DNA from: Candidatus Velthaea sp.
Lineage (GTDB): Bacteria; Vulcanimicrobiota; Vulcanimicrobiia; Vulcanimicrobiales; Vulcanimicrobiaceae
DNA length: 16,058 bases
NCBI GenBank assembly: GCA_050012475.1
Contig: JBEKHC010000109.1
Span: 1-16,058 of the forward strand
Direction of reading: 5' to 3'
Shown here: positions 1 through 8,800 of the stretch, piece after piece
Layout: each line of letters starts with the position of its first letter
How positions within the stretch are numbered: the stretch's first letter is position 1
Notes under the pieces: generated by a model
Seen by the model: the letters and a program-made list of their open reading frames with translations, nothing else
What the model was told of the DNA's origin: nothing
Databases searched by the model: none
Position numbers and translations under genes: made by a program

Positions 1-1268
1 TGGGGCGACGTCGTTCCGATCGTTTCCTGTACCAGACGTCCCGCCGGCGAGTTCGGATCGGTGGCGATGATGCGCGTCGTTCCGACCGGCTGCGGTGCGT
101 CGCCAATCCGCGTGATGACAAAGCCCTTGCTCGCGAATTGCTGGGCGTAGCGGCCGGCGAGGCCGGGAACGCTCGTCCCGTTGAGGATGACCAAGTGGAC
201 GGCTGCGGGCGGCACTTTTTGAAGCGCGAGTTCCTGTGGCGAAAGGAGCAGCGATGCGAGCTCGGCCTTCTTTTCTTCGTCGGGGACGATCGAATCACCG
301 TAGTCGGGTAAGGCGATGGCTGCCACATAGGGGACCTGCGCGGTCTGGATATCCGCCGCTTTGATGTTGCGGAACGCAAGCACGAGCGCGAGTTCTTCGC
401 GCGGCGTGAGATTCGTTTCGACGTCCTTGCGGACGACGTCGAGCAGTGCCTTGGCATGGACGATCGTGTTCAGCCGGTCGTGCTGAATCTTGTCCACGAT
501 GGCGCGAACGACTTGCTGTTGACGCAAGATGCGGCACGGATCGCTGCACCAGTCGTGACGAAACCGCGCGTAACCGACAGCTTGCTCGCCGTCGAGATGC
601 TGCAGGCCGGGTTTGAGATGGACGTGCAGGTGTCCCCAACTGTCGTCGTAGTCCAGCGGGCCGTTGCTGCCGGTTTGACGCAGAGCATCGGAATTCTTGA
701 CCTCGACATCGATGCCGCCTAGGGCGTTGATGAGATCGCTTGTCGCATCGATACGGAGCACGACGTGACGATCGAACGGCGGGATGCCGAGCCAGTCTGC
801 GACCACCGCCTCCGACTCTTTGATCCCGCCGTCAGACTGGGCCTGATTGATCTTCGCTTTCTTGCCGTCCGGGAGCGTCGCAACCATGTCGCGCGGAACC
901 GACAGCTCGACGACCCGGCGGCTTCGCAAGTCCAGACCGATGGCCATGATGATATCCGAACGCGACGATTTCGACGTTTGCTGATCTTTCGCGTCGTAGT
1001 CGTAATCCAGCCCGACGACCAGTATGCGCAGATGACTCGACCCGAAGACCCGTTCCGGATCGGGAAGGAGCATTTGTTCCATCATCGCAACCGGGTGCGC
1101 GAGCGCGCTGGGTTGACCGATCGCCGCTGCGGGCGCCGACAGTGCCGGCTGAGGCGCGGGCTGCGACTTCGTCGCGTTCTCGGAACGGGAAGTGATGAAG
1201 AAACCGGCGATCGTCGCGCCGGCGATGATGGTTAGCCAAATGAGAATGCGGTTGCGGAACGGTCGCAT
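1..1268 (-). CDS. LCP (LytR-CpsA-Psr) family protein with N-terminal TM anchor and LytR_C-like C-terminal domain; 3' end lies beyond the left edge
   Basis: Not in the ORF track because it has no stop in the window. Manual translation from ATG 1268 (alternative TTG 1271; SD GAGGGAG at 1280-1286): MRPFRNRILIWLTIIAGATIAGFFITS...RILVVGLD...SRSDIIMAIGLD...LSVPRDM...KINQA...LINALGGIDVEV...LKPGLQHLDGEQAVGYARFRHDWCSDPCRILRQQQV...VILNGTSVPGLAGRYAQQFASKGF. These are typical LCP and LytR_C motifs. Confidence 0.93.
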   Translation of the reverse strand, partial: MRPFRNRILIWLTIIAGATIAGFFITSRSENATKSQPAPQPALSAPAAAIGQPSALAHPVAMMEQMLLPDPERVFGSSHLRILVVGLDYDYDAKDQQTSKSSRSDIIMAIGLDLRSRRVVELSVPRDMVATLPDGKKAKINQAQSDGGIKESEAVVADWLGIPPFDRHVVLRIDATSDLINALGGIDVEVKNSDALRQTGSNGPLDYDDSWGHLHVHLKPGLQHLDGEQAVGYARFRHDWCSDPCRILRQQQVVRAIVDKIQHDRLNTIVHAKALLDVVRKDVETNLTPREELALVLAFRNIKAADIQTAQVPYVAAIALPDYGDSIVPDEEKKAELASLLLSPQELALQKVPPAAVHLVILNGTSVPGLAGRYAQQFASKGFVITRIGDAPQPVGTTRIIATDPNSPAGRLVQETIGTTSP

Positions 1269-1332
1269 CAATGCAAATACTCCCTCGCGCGACGGTCGGG
1301 ACCGGCGCGCGCTCTGCTGCTGGGTCGGTACG

Positions 1333-1986
1333 TTAAGCAGCGGCGAGTGGAGGAGCGCGCTCGCCCGTACGTCCGCGGGCAGATGATTGGCTTTTTTGTT
1401 TGAACGGATCGGCCCAGCGCGCGATCGTCAAACGGGGACTGCGCGCCGCCGTTGCGATCAACAGCAAGACGAAGCCGAGAAATCCAACCGCGACGCGGGC
1501 AAAGAAATTGAGCACGTGCACGGCAAAGAACGTCACGCAGATGCACGCTGCGGCGTGCAAGCCGAGGCTGATCGGCGCCGGGCCGCCGAGCCAAATCGTC
1601 CCGCCGAGGGCATGGCCGTCGACAATGAGTTGCTCGGCAGTCTCCATGCTGAAGAGGATGGCGATTTGCGTGACAAAGATTGCCGGAAGCAGACGCACGA
1701 GCGTGCGCGGCCGCACTGCGTCGCTGGGAGCGGCGAGCAGCGCCTTCGGCCTTGCGCGGTACCGGTCGGCGAAGACCGGCCGAAGCCGCACGCACAGATA
1801 GTAAACGCCGATCAGCAGTCCGCCGATGAGCGTGGGCAGAACGTCGAGACTGCTGTGATCGGTGAGGTCATTGCGACCGAAGATGCCGGCGTCCGAAAGT
1901 GATTCCATTGCGGGGTTCGCGACGGCGGCGGCGACGGCGGCCGTGGCCAGGCAAAACCAAATCCGGAGCGACGTAGAGAGGGTCAC
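1333..1986 (-). CDS. Hypothetical polytopic membrane protein (about 217 aa, 4-5 TM) with a C-terminal RAPP motif; candidate ribosome-arrest peptide
   Basis: 3' part of ORF 1333..2211. Likely start is GTG at 1986, 10 nt after the upstream stop. Hydrophobic segments: LRIWFCLATAAVAAAVA, VLPTLIGGLLIGVYYLCV, LLPAIFVTQIAILFSM, ISLGLHAAACICVTFFAV, VAVGFLGFVLLLIATAA. Ends GERAPPLAAA*. Confidence 0.75.
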   Translation of the reverse strand: MTLSTSLRIWFCLATAAVAAAVANPAMESLSDAGIFGRNDLTDHSSLDVLPTLIGGLLIGVYYLCVRLRPVFADRYRARPKALLAAPSDAVRPRTLVRLLPAIFVTQIAILFSMETAEQLIVDGHALGGTIWLGGPAPISLGLHAAACICVTFFAVHVLNFFARVAVGFLGFVLLLIATAARSPRLTIARWADPFKQKSQSSARGRTGERAPPLAAA

Positions 1987-1996
1987 CGCGGGCCGA

Positions 1997-2371
1997 CTAC
2001 GCTCGAACGGGGCGGACGCTTGTCGGTTCGCGCAGGATGCGCGCGAAACGCAGCAGCCACGGGTGGCGATCGGTGCGGGCCAGGGCCATGATGGAATCGC
2101 CGCGTTGGAAACCGAACATGCTGTGCCGGTTGACGAGCGAGCATTCGACGGTGCCGCTCGGCGCCGTCTCCAGCGGCCCGTGGTCCAGCACCAGCGTCCC
2201 GCGCCGAGCATCGATCGTGAGAACCGTTCCGCTCACCGTCATCCACGCGCTCCCCCGAGCGTCCAGCGCGTTGTGCCGAATCGAGACCGTCGTCGGCCGC
2301 GGGTGAGGCGAGCGGTCCGACGACGGTTTGTCCGGCGCCATCACGAGCGCCACCAGCGTTAGTACGAGCAT
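1997..2371 (-). CDS. Exported CusF-like (copper-binding protein family, OB-fold) protein, degenerate
   Basis: ORF 1997..2380; the ATG at 2371 has GAGG about 9 nt upstream. Short hydrophobic N-terminus. VSGTVLTIDARRGTLVLDHGPL...SMFGFQRGDSIMA resembles the CusF pattern G.V..ID...G.VTL.HGPI...L..GD.V.F, but the WPAMTM motif is absent. Confidence 0.6.
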   Translation of the reverse strand: MLVLTLVALVMAPDKPSSDRSPHPRPTTVSIRHNALDARGSAWMTVSGTVLTIDARRGTLVLDHGPLETAPSGTVECSLVNRHSMFGFQRGDSIMALARTDRHPWLLRFARILREPTSVRPVRA

Positions 2372-2577
2372 GGTACCCATCCTCAGCGGCCCGGGAACCG
2401 ATCTTTCGCGGTACGTTCGCGAAACCGTTTCGGCAGCCGACCGCGAACGACCGCGGAGAAAAGAAGGCCGCCCGCTGAGTTCTCAACCGGGGTAACCGAG
2501 CGCGTGAGAGTCCTCGAGGAAGGCCCGGCGAAAGAAGCGCGGTCGGCGCAAGCTCCGAGGAGGCGCATCCGTCCGGC

Positions 2578-2604
2578 CTGGCACTGTGTTTGGTAGAGTG
2601 CTAA
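2578..2604 (+). promoter_or_regulatory. CIRCE-like operator (HrcA binding site)
   Basis: CTGGCACTG-N9-GAGTGCTAA against consensus TTAGCACTC-N9-GAGTGCTAA. The right arm is perfect, the left arm matches 6/9 and the spacer is exactly 9 nt. It lies directly before the RBS of hsp20-lon. Confidence 0.85.
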
Positions 2605-2615
2605 CCACGAAAGGA

Positions 2616-3053
2616 TTGCCGCGCTTGCGTCAAGACGAATTCGCCGCCGAGTTCGATCGGCTCTTTGCCGACCTGGCTCGGCACGCTCATCACTGCCGCT
2701 TCGAACCCAATGCGGACGTCTACGTCGATCGCGAAGGCGATCGGATCGTCGTCGTGGTTGAGTTGGCCGGGGCTGATGCCGACAGTTTGCGGGTCGGCAT
2801 CGACGAGCGGCACTTGTTCATTCTCGGCGCGCGCGTCGACCGCTGCAGCTCGGCCGGATCGATCCATCAAAAGGAGATCCAATACGGGCAGTTCGTCAAA
2901 AAACTGCACCTGCCGGCGCCGGTCGATGACGATCACGGCTCGGCCGTCTATCGGGACGGCATTCTCACGATCAGCCTGCCCCTCGCGCCCCACGCTTCGT
3001 TTCCGACACGCCGGACTGAAATCCGGATGGTCGTCAAAAGGACCCTCGCCTAA
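2616..3053 (+). CDS. Hsp20/alpha-crystallin family small heat shock protein
   Basis: FEPNADVYVD...IVVVVELAG...LFILGAR...EIQYGQFVKKLHLPAPVD...AVYRDGILTISLP is the alpha-crystallin signature. Start is probably TTG 2616 or TTG 2625 after AAGGA; the track's 2586 start falls inside the CIRCE element. The stop overlaps the lon start (TAATG). Confidence 0.92.
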   Translation: MPRLRQDEFAAEFDRLFADLARHAHHCRFEPNADVYVDREGDRIVVVVELAGADADSLRVGIDERHLFILGARVDRCSSAGSIHQKEIQYGQFVKKLHLPAPVDDDHGSAVYRDGILTISLPLAPHASFPTRRTEIRMVVKRTLA

Positions 3054-5521
3054 TGGCTACGCGTAACCCAAAGAGTCCCGATATTCTGGGGATCTTGCCG
3101 CTGCAGGAAGCGGTGTTGTTTCCGAACACCGTGATCCCGCTCGCGGTCGTCAAGAAGCCCGGCATCGCGCTGGTCGAAGAGGCTTTGCGTGAGGGCAAAC
3201 CGATCGGTCTGGTCGTTTTGCGCGACAAGGACATCGAAGATCCCGGTCCGGGCGACGTGCGCCGGGTCGGCACGATCGGCACCGTGCAGAAGATGCTCAA
3301 GGTTCCCGACGGGACGCTGCGCTGCATCGTCGCCGGCGGCCCGGTGTTCCGCATCGACGAGTTCGTCGGCACCGAGCCGTACCTCGCCGCGACGTATACC
3401 GAACTGCCCGACATCACCCGCGAAACGGACGACCTCGTGGCCATGCAGCGCAATCTGGCGACGCTGTTTTCCAAGCTGCTGGGCTATTTGCCGCAAGCGC
3501 CGCGCGAAATGGAGATGGAAGTCAACAACATCTCCGATCCCAACTTGCTGACGTATTTCGTCGCCTCCACGATGCGGCTGGATACCAACGATCGTCAAGA
3601 GATTCTCGAGGAACGCAACACCGAGAAACGCTTGCGCCGCTTGACGATGCTCATCACCAAAGAGCTCGAAGTCGTCGAGCTCGGGCACAAGATTCAAAGC
3701 GACATCCAGCGCGAGATGGAAAAGAACCAGCGCGAATTCTATCTTCGCCAGCAGCTGCGCGCGATTCAAGAAGAACTCGGCGAGACCGATCCGCAGCAAG
3801 CCGAGGCCAACGAACTGCGCAAAAAAGTCGACGAAGCCAAGATGCCCGAGGACGTCAAGAAAGCCGCCGACCGCGAATTGGACCGGCTTTCCAAAGTGCC
3901 GACCGCGTCGCCGGAGTATTCGGTCATCCGCACGTATCTCGATTGGCTCACGCAGTTGCCGTGGTCCAAATCGACGTCGGATCAAATCGACATCCCGCAG
4001 GCCCGCCGCGTGCTCGACGAAGACCACTACGACCTCGAGAAGATCAAGGACCGCATCGTCGAGTACTTGGCGGTCGGCAAGCTCAAGAACAAGCTGACCG
4101 GACCGATCCTGTGCTTCGTGGGACCGCCGGGCGTCGGCAAGACGTCGCTCGGGCAATCGATCGCCAAGGCCATGGGCCGCAAATTCATTCGGCTGTCGGT
4201 CGGCGGCGTGCGCGACGAGGCCGAAATTCGCGGCCATCGCCGCACCTACATCGGTGCGATGCCGGGCTCGATCATTCGCGCCCTGCGTGACGCGGGCACG
4301 AACAACCCGGTGATGATGATCGACGAGATCGACAAGGTCGGTGGCGATTTCCGCGGCGATCCGCAATCAGCGCTGCTCGAGGTGCTCGATCCCGAGCAGA
4401 ACAACTCGTTCCGCGATCATTACCTCGATCTGCCGTTCGATCTGAGCCAAGTGCTCTTCGTGTGCACGGCCAACCAGCTCGACACGATCAGTTCGGCGTT
4501 GCGCGACCGCATGGAGATCATCCAGCTCTCGGGCTACACCGAGTTCGAGAAGATGCAGATCGCCAAGCGCTATCTGATTCCTAAGCAGCGCAAGGCCAAC
4601 GGACTGCGCGACACCCAGGTGCAGCTCAACGACGCGGCGCTCAAGAACATCGTGGTCGATTACACGCGCGAGGCGGGCGTCCGCAATCTCGAGCGCGAGA
4701 TCGGGACCGTGTTCCGCAAAGTCGCGCGCAAGATCGCCGAAGAACCGCGGTTCAAGGCCCGGATCAAACCCGAGAGCCTCGTCGAATACCTTTCCAAGCC
4801 GCGGTTCTACAACGAAGTCAAGAAGCGCGTGGCGTCGATCGGCGTTGCGACGGGATTGGCCTGGACGCCCGTCGGCGGTGACATCTTGTTCATCGAAACG
4901 ACGTCGATGCCGGGAACCGGCAAGGTCACGCTCACCGGACAACTCGGCGACGTGATGAAAGAATCCGCAACGGCCGCGGTGAGTTTCCTGCGCTCGCGCC
5001 AGATCGAACTCGGCCTACCGGACGATTACTTCGCCAAACACGACCTGCACATCCACGTGCCGGCTGGCGCGGTTCCCAAGGACGGACCGTCGGCAGGCAT
5101 CTCGATGGCGACCTCCATTACGTCAATGCTTACGGGGCTCAAAGTCGACAGCGACTTGGCGATGACCGGCGAGATAACGCTGACTGGTCAGGTCCTGCCG
5201 ATCGGCGGCGTCAAAGAGAAGGTACTGGGTGCGAAGCGGGCCGGGATCAAGAAAATCTTGCTCCCCAAACGCAACGAGATCGATCTCGAGGACGTGCCAA
5301 AGGAAGTCCGCGACACGATGGAGTTCGTGCTCGTCGAGGAACTCAGCGAAGTGTTCCTCCATGCGCTGGGCAAACGCGTCATCACGCCGGTGCTGCTGGG
5401 GAACGAAGTCCAGCCGCGGCGCGGAAGCAACGTGGTCGCGCTGCGCCAACCCGCGGTCAAGCGCGTGCGCGTCGAGCGCAAACGCGCGCCGCGCAGCGGC
5501 GTCGCCACGCGTAAGCGTTAA
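3053..5521 (+). CDS. lon: ATP-dependent Lon protease (endopeptidase La)
   Basis: 822 aa. LON N-domain (VLFP), Walker A GPPGVGKTS, RGHRRTYIGAMPG, Walker B MMIDEIDK, catalytic PKDGPSAG Ser and IGGVKEK Lys. Confidence 0.99.
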   Translation: MATRNPKSPDILGILPLQEAVLFPNTVIPLAVVKKPGIALVEEALREGKPIGLVVLRDKDIEDPGPGDVRRVGTIGTVQKMLKVPDGTLRCIVAGGPVFRIDEFVGTEPYLAATYTELPDITRETDDLVAMQRNLATLFSKLLGYLPQAPREMEMEVNNISDPNLLTYFVASTMRLDTNDRQEILEERNTEKRLRRLTMLITKELEVVELGHKIQSDIQREMEKNQREFYLRQQLRAIQEELGETDPQQAEANELRKKVDEAKMPEDVKKAADRELDRLSKVPTASPEYSVIRTYLDWLTQLPWSKSTSDQIDIPQARRVLDEDHYDLEKIKDRIVEYLAVGKLKNKLTGPILCFVGPPGVGKTSLGQSIAKAMGRKFIRLSVGGVRDEAEIRGHRRTYIGAMPGSIIRALRDAGTNNPVMMIDEIDKVGGDFRGDPQSALLEVLDPEQNNSFRDHYLDLPFDLSQVLFVCTANQLDTISSALRDRMEIIQLSGYTEFEKMQIAKRYLIPKQRKANGLRDTQVQLNDAALKNIVVDYTREAGVRNLEREIGTVFRKVARKIAEEPRFKARIKPESLVEYLSKPRFYNEVKKRVASIGVATGLAWTPVGGDILFIETTSMPGTGKVTLTGQLGDVMKESATAAVSFLRSRQIELGLPDDYFAKHDLHIHVPAGAVPKDGPSAGISMATSITSMLTGLKVDSDLAMTGEITLTGQVLPIGGVKEKVLGAKRAGIKKILLPKRNEIDLEDVPKEVRDTMEFVLVEELSEVFLHALGKRVITPVLLGNEVQPRRGSNVVALRQPAVKRVRVERKRAPRSGVATRKR

Positions 5522-5531
5522 GAGCCGCCTC

Positions 5532-5559
5532 GCCGGCCCCGGCTCGCGCCGGGGTCGGC
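5532..5559. terminator. GC-rich hairpin between the convergent lon and small ORF; possible terminator or stabiliser
   Basis: GCCGGCCCCGGC-TCGC-GCCGGGGTCGGC forms a 12-bp stem with one G:U, 10 nt after the lon stop. There is no U-tract. Confidence 0.45.
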
Positions 5560-5614
5560 AGGACAGCACGGCCGGCAGACCGTCAGGTCCAGGAACGGTT
5601 GCTACGTGCCGGTG

Positions 5615-5830
5615 CTACGGTCGCCAGGGCCCGGCCCCCGTTCCCGACCACGCTTCGATGTGCCGTTGGAGCTGTTTGGTGATATCGAGGTAGTACTGCA
5701 AGAGCGCTTCGATTGCGCCGCGCTGCTCCGGCGTGAGCTTCGCGTCGCTGGCGAGTTCCTGGCGCAGTCGTTCGATGATTTCATAAATTTGGCTGAGATC
5801 GTAGTTGCACGGCGGTTGGTCTTGGGACAT
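5615..5830 (-). CDS. Small hypothetical helical protein (71 aa)
   Basis: ATG 14 nt after the regulator's stop, with a purine-rich GAGAGGG upstream. Natural-looking amphipathic helices (LSQIYEIIERLRQEL; EQRGAIEALLQYYLDITKQLQRHI), unlike the Arg/Ala-rich shadow ORFs around it. Confidence 0.7.
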   Translation of the reverse strand: MSQDQPPCNYDLSQIYEIIERLRQELASDAKLTPEQRGAIEALLQYYLDITKQLQRHIEAWSGTGAGPWRP

Positions 5831-5844
5831 AGGGGTGCCCTCTC

Positions 5845-8800
5845 TCAGATTTGCCAGTGAGCTCGATCGAACGCCTCATCGATCGCGGCGTTATAGCGCA
5901 AGCGCCGAAACGTGACGCGCGACTCGGCGTCGGCAATCGTTGCTTCGAGTGTATCGAGTATAGTGCGTGCGCGTCCCAAAAGCGTCCGGGCGCCGTCCTC
6001 ATCGTCCGTAGCCCGGCGGACCGCGGCGACCGTCCAGAGCAGATATTGCCGATGCGGGAAACGCAGCGTCGCGTTTTCGGCGAGCGCCAGGACCTCGGCG
6101 GACAATTCCACCGCGCGCTCGATGCGATTGTTCCGCAGCAGGGCGATGATGAGCTCGCACAGATCCTCGCCCAATGCAATCGTTTCATTCAACTCGCGTT
6201 CGAGCGTCGTACCCCGTTCGAGGTGCGCAATCGCCGCATCGACATTGTCGAGTTCGCGTTCGGCCACGCCCAAGTTGACCAGTGCGTGGGCCCGCACGGT
6301 CGGTGCTTCGAGCGCGTCGACGAGCTCCAGAGCTTGTTTCGCGGACGCTCGGGCGAGCGCAAAGTCGCCCTTGAGGTACGCAGCGTAGCTGATGTTGTTG
6401 ACGCAGGCCACGTGCCCGAAACCATACGAGATCGCTACGGCGAGCGCATCGGCGGCAGCGAAGAGCTCGAGCGCCTCGTCGAATTTACCGAGGTAGGTTT
6501 TCATGTTCGCGATATCGGCGAGCACGAGCAGCTGTTTGAAGCGTTGCCCCATCGACGCGAACATCTCCAAGGCACGCGCGAAGAAATCGCCGGCGCGCTC
6601 GATCTCGAAGAGCTGCCAGGCCGCTCGGGCCGCATACCGGTAGGCCGTCGCTTCGGCCTCGCGGTAGCCGATGGCGCGCGAACAGCGCAAAAGCTGCTCG
6701 GCGCAGGCAGCCAGGGCGACATTGTCTTGAATCGTGTTTGCTGCGCCGCACGCGGTTTCGAGCAGCCGGACCACGCGCGCGGCATCGTATTGACGCTCGA
6801 AGCTTGGAACTTCGTCCAGGAACGCGCGCACATCGGCGACCCGGCCCTCGAAGCAGGCCAAATCGGCGAGCGCGCAGCGGCAATCGACGTAGATGCCCGG
6901 ATAGTCGTGCGGGGAGACGTTCTCGAGGATGTCGGAGAGCACGGCGCGTGCTTCGCGGTATGCATCGACCGACGTGAGGTACGATCCTCGCAACTGCGCG
7001 AACGTCGCTGCCCAGCGCGCGCTCGCACCCGGCAAGGCGGCAGCGAGCGCGTCGATCGCGTCCCGTTCCTGGTCGCGTTCGGCGCAATCGTGCGCGAGCC
7101 GGATTTGGCGCAGCAGCGTTTCGCGCAGGAGTTCGGCATCGCCAATGCTGCCGGCGAGCGAAAGAAGCTGCGCGATGCTGCTGCGCTGCGATTCGCGGTT
7201 GCCTAACCGGCGCGCCGCTTCCTCGATGATTTCGACCGTGCGAAAGCGCGTCAGATCGTTGCCGGCGAGTTCGTAACCGCGCGCCGCCAACGTTCGTGCC
7301 TCTTCGCTGCCGTAGAGCGTGAGTGCATGACGGGCGGCTAGGCGATAATAGTCCGCCGCGTGCTCGGGTTCGCCGCCGCGATCGAAGTGCGATGCGATCT
7401 CTGCTGCGAAGGCCTCGAGCTGTTCGCCGTAGAGTTCCTCCATGACGGTTCCCACCCGCCGGTGGCGATGCTGCCGCGTTTCCGGGCTCAACCCGGCGTA
7501 CACATTCTGCACGATGAGCTGATGCGAAAACGCAAAGTTCGAACCGTTCGCGCCGACTTCGCGGACGAGCCGCCGATCGACGAGTTCGCCCAACGCATCG
7601 AGGGTCGAGCGTTCGTCAGCGCCGCTCACTTCGCGCACGAGTTCGGCAGAGAACGCGCGGCCGACGACTCCAGCAATTTCGGCGATCGTCCGGGCCCGAA
7701 CGGAAAGCCGCTCGAGGCGCGCATTCAACGTCGAGGTCAGCGAGGCAAGCGGGTCGGGCGGGACGTCGCGTTGCTGCCAGTGGCGCAGAGCGACGTCCAA
7801 GAAGCCTGATTCACGTTCGTTGGCGACGACCTCGCCGAGGAAGAACGGATTCCCCTCACTGCGCTCGTGCAGATAACTCGCAATCGCCGTGCGATGCAGC
7901 GGCGCATCGTCGACGAAGTTACTGACGATTTGCTCGATCGCCGGCAGTTCGAGCGGTCCGAGGGCGATGGCGCGCAGCAGGCGCTCGCGCTCGAGCCGCC
8001 GCCGCAGCGCTCGCAGCAAGTGCGTGCGCGGCAATTCTTCTTCGCGATACGAGGCCACGATGAGCAGCCGGTGCTTCGCTGCGTGGCGCGCCAGATGCTC
8101 GAACAACGCGATCGTTGCCGAACCGGCCCAATGCAGGTCCTCGAGCACGAGCAGCGTCGGACGCGCCGCGGATAGCGCGTCGATGGCGACTTCGACCGCC
8201 TCGAATAAACGGGTTCGTTCCGGCTCGGCGTCCAGCGCCGTCAGGCGCCGCAGGTTGGGGAACGCCACCTGCAATTGCGGCACCAGCGAGGCGAGAACCG
8301 ACAGCCAGAGCGGCTCGATCGCGGTCTCGCGCAGGATCGGCAGCGCGCCGCGCAACGCTTCGGAGAACGCCTGATACGGCGCCAGCTCGAACGGTGTCGT
8401 TCCGCCGCGCAGCACGCGTCCGCCGTTCGAGTCCGCGAACGTTGCGAATTCTTCGATGAGCCGGCTCTTGCCGATGCCGGCTTCGCCGACCACGAGCAGC
8501 GAACTCCCGGTCCCGCCCGACGCCTCGTTCCAAGCCGCGCGCAGCACCTCCATCTCGCGTTCACGGCTGACGAACGGCAAGCCGGACGTCTCGCGTTCGC
8601 TGCCCGGCGCCGAGCCGCCCGCGACGGTCGTGTCGGCCAACGCCAACACCCGTTCGTAGGCACAGACCGTTTCGGGCATCGGTTCGACGCCCATCTCGGC
8701 ATCGAGGCTGGTGCGGAAACGCTCGTATTCGGTGAGTGCTCCGGCCCGGTCGCCCGCCGCATACCGCAGCGCGATCAGCGTTCGAACCGCGTCTTCGCGC

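Noticed and set aside
2394..2417. GGAAC...GTT ECF-type promoter for hsp20-lon
   Set aside because: The spacer is 16 nt rather than the roughly 18 nt expected for SigH/SigR-type promoters, and it lies inside a hairpin about 200 nt upstream.
5582..5602. GTCAGGTCC resembles the SRP RNA domain IV start
   Set aside because: The following GGAAGGAAGCAGC and a long enclosing helix are missing.
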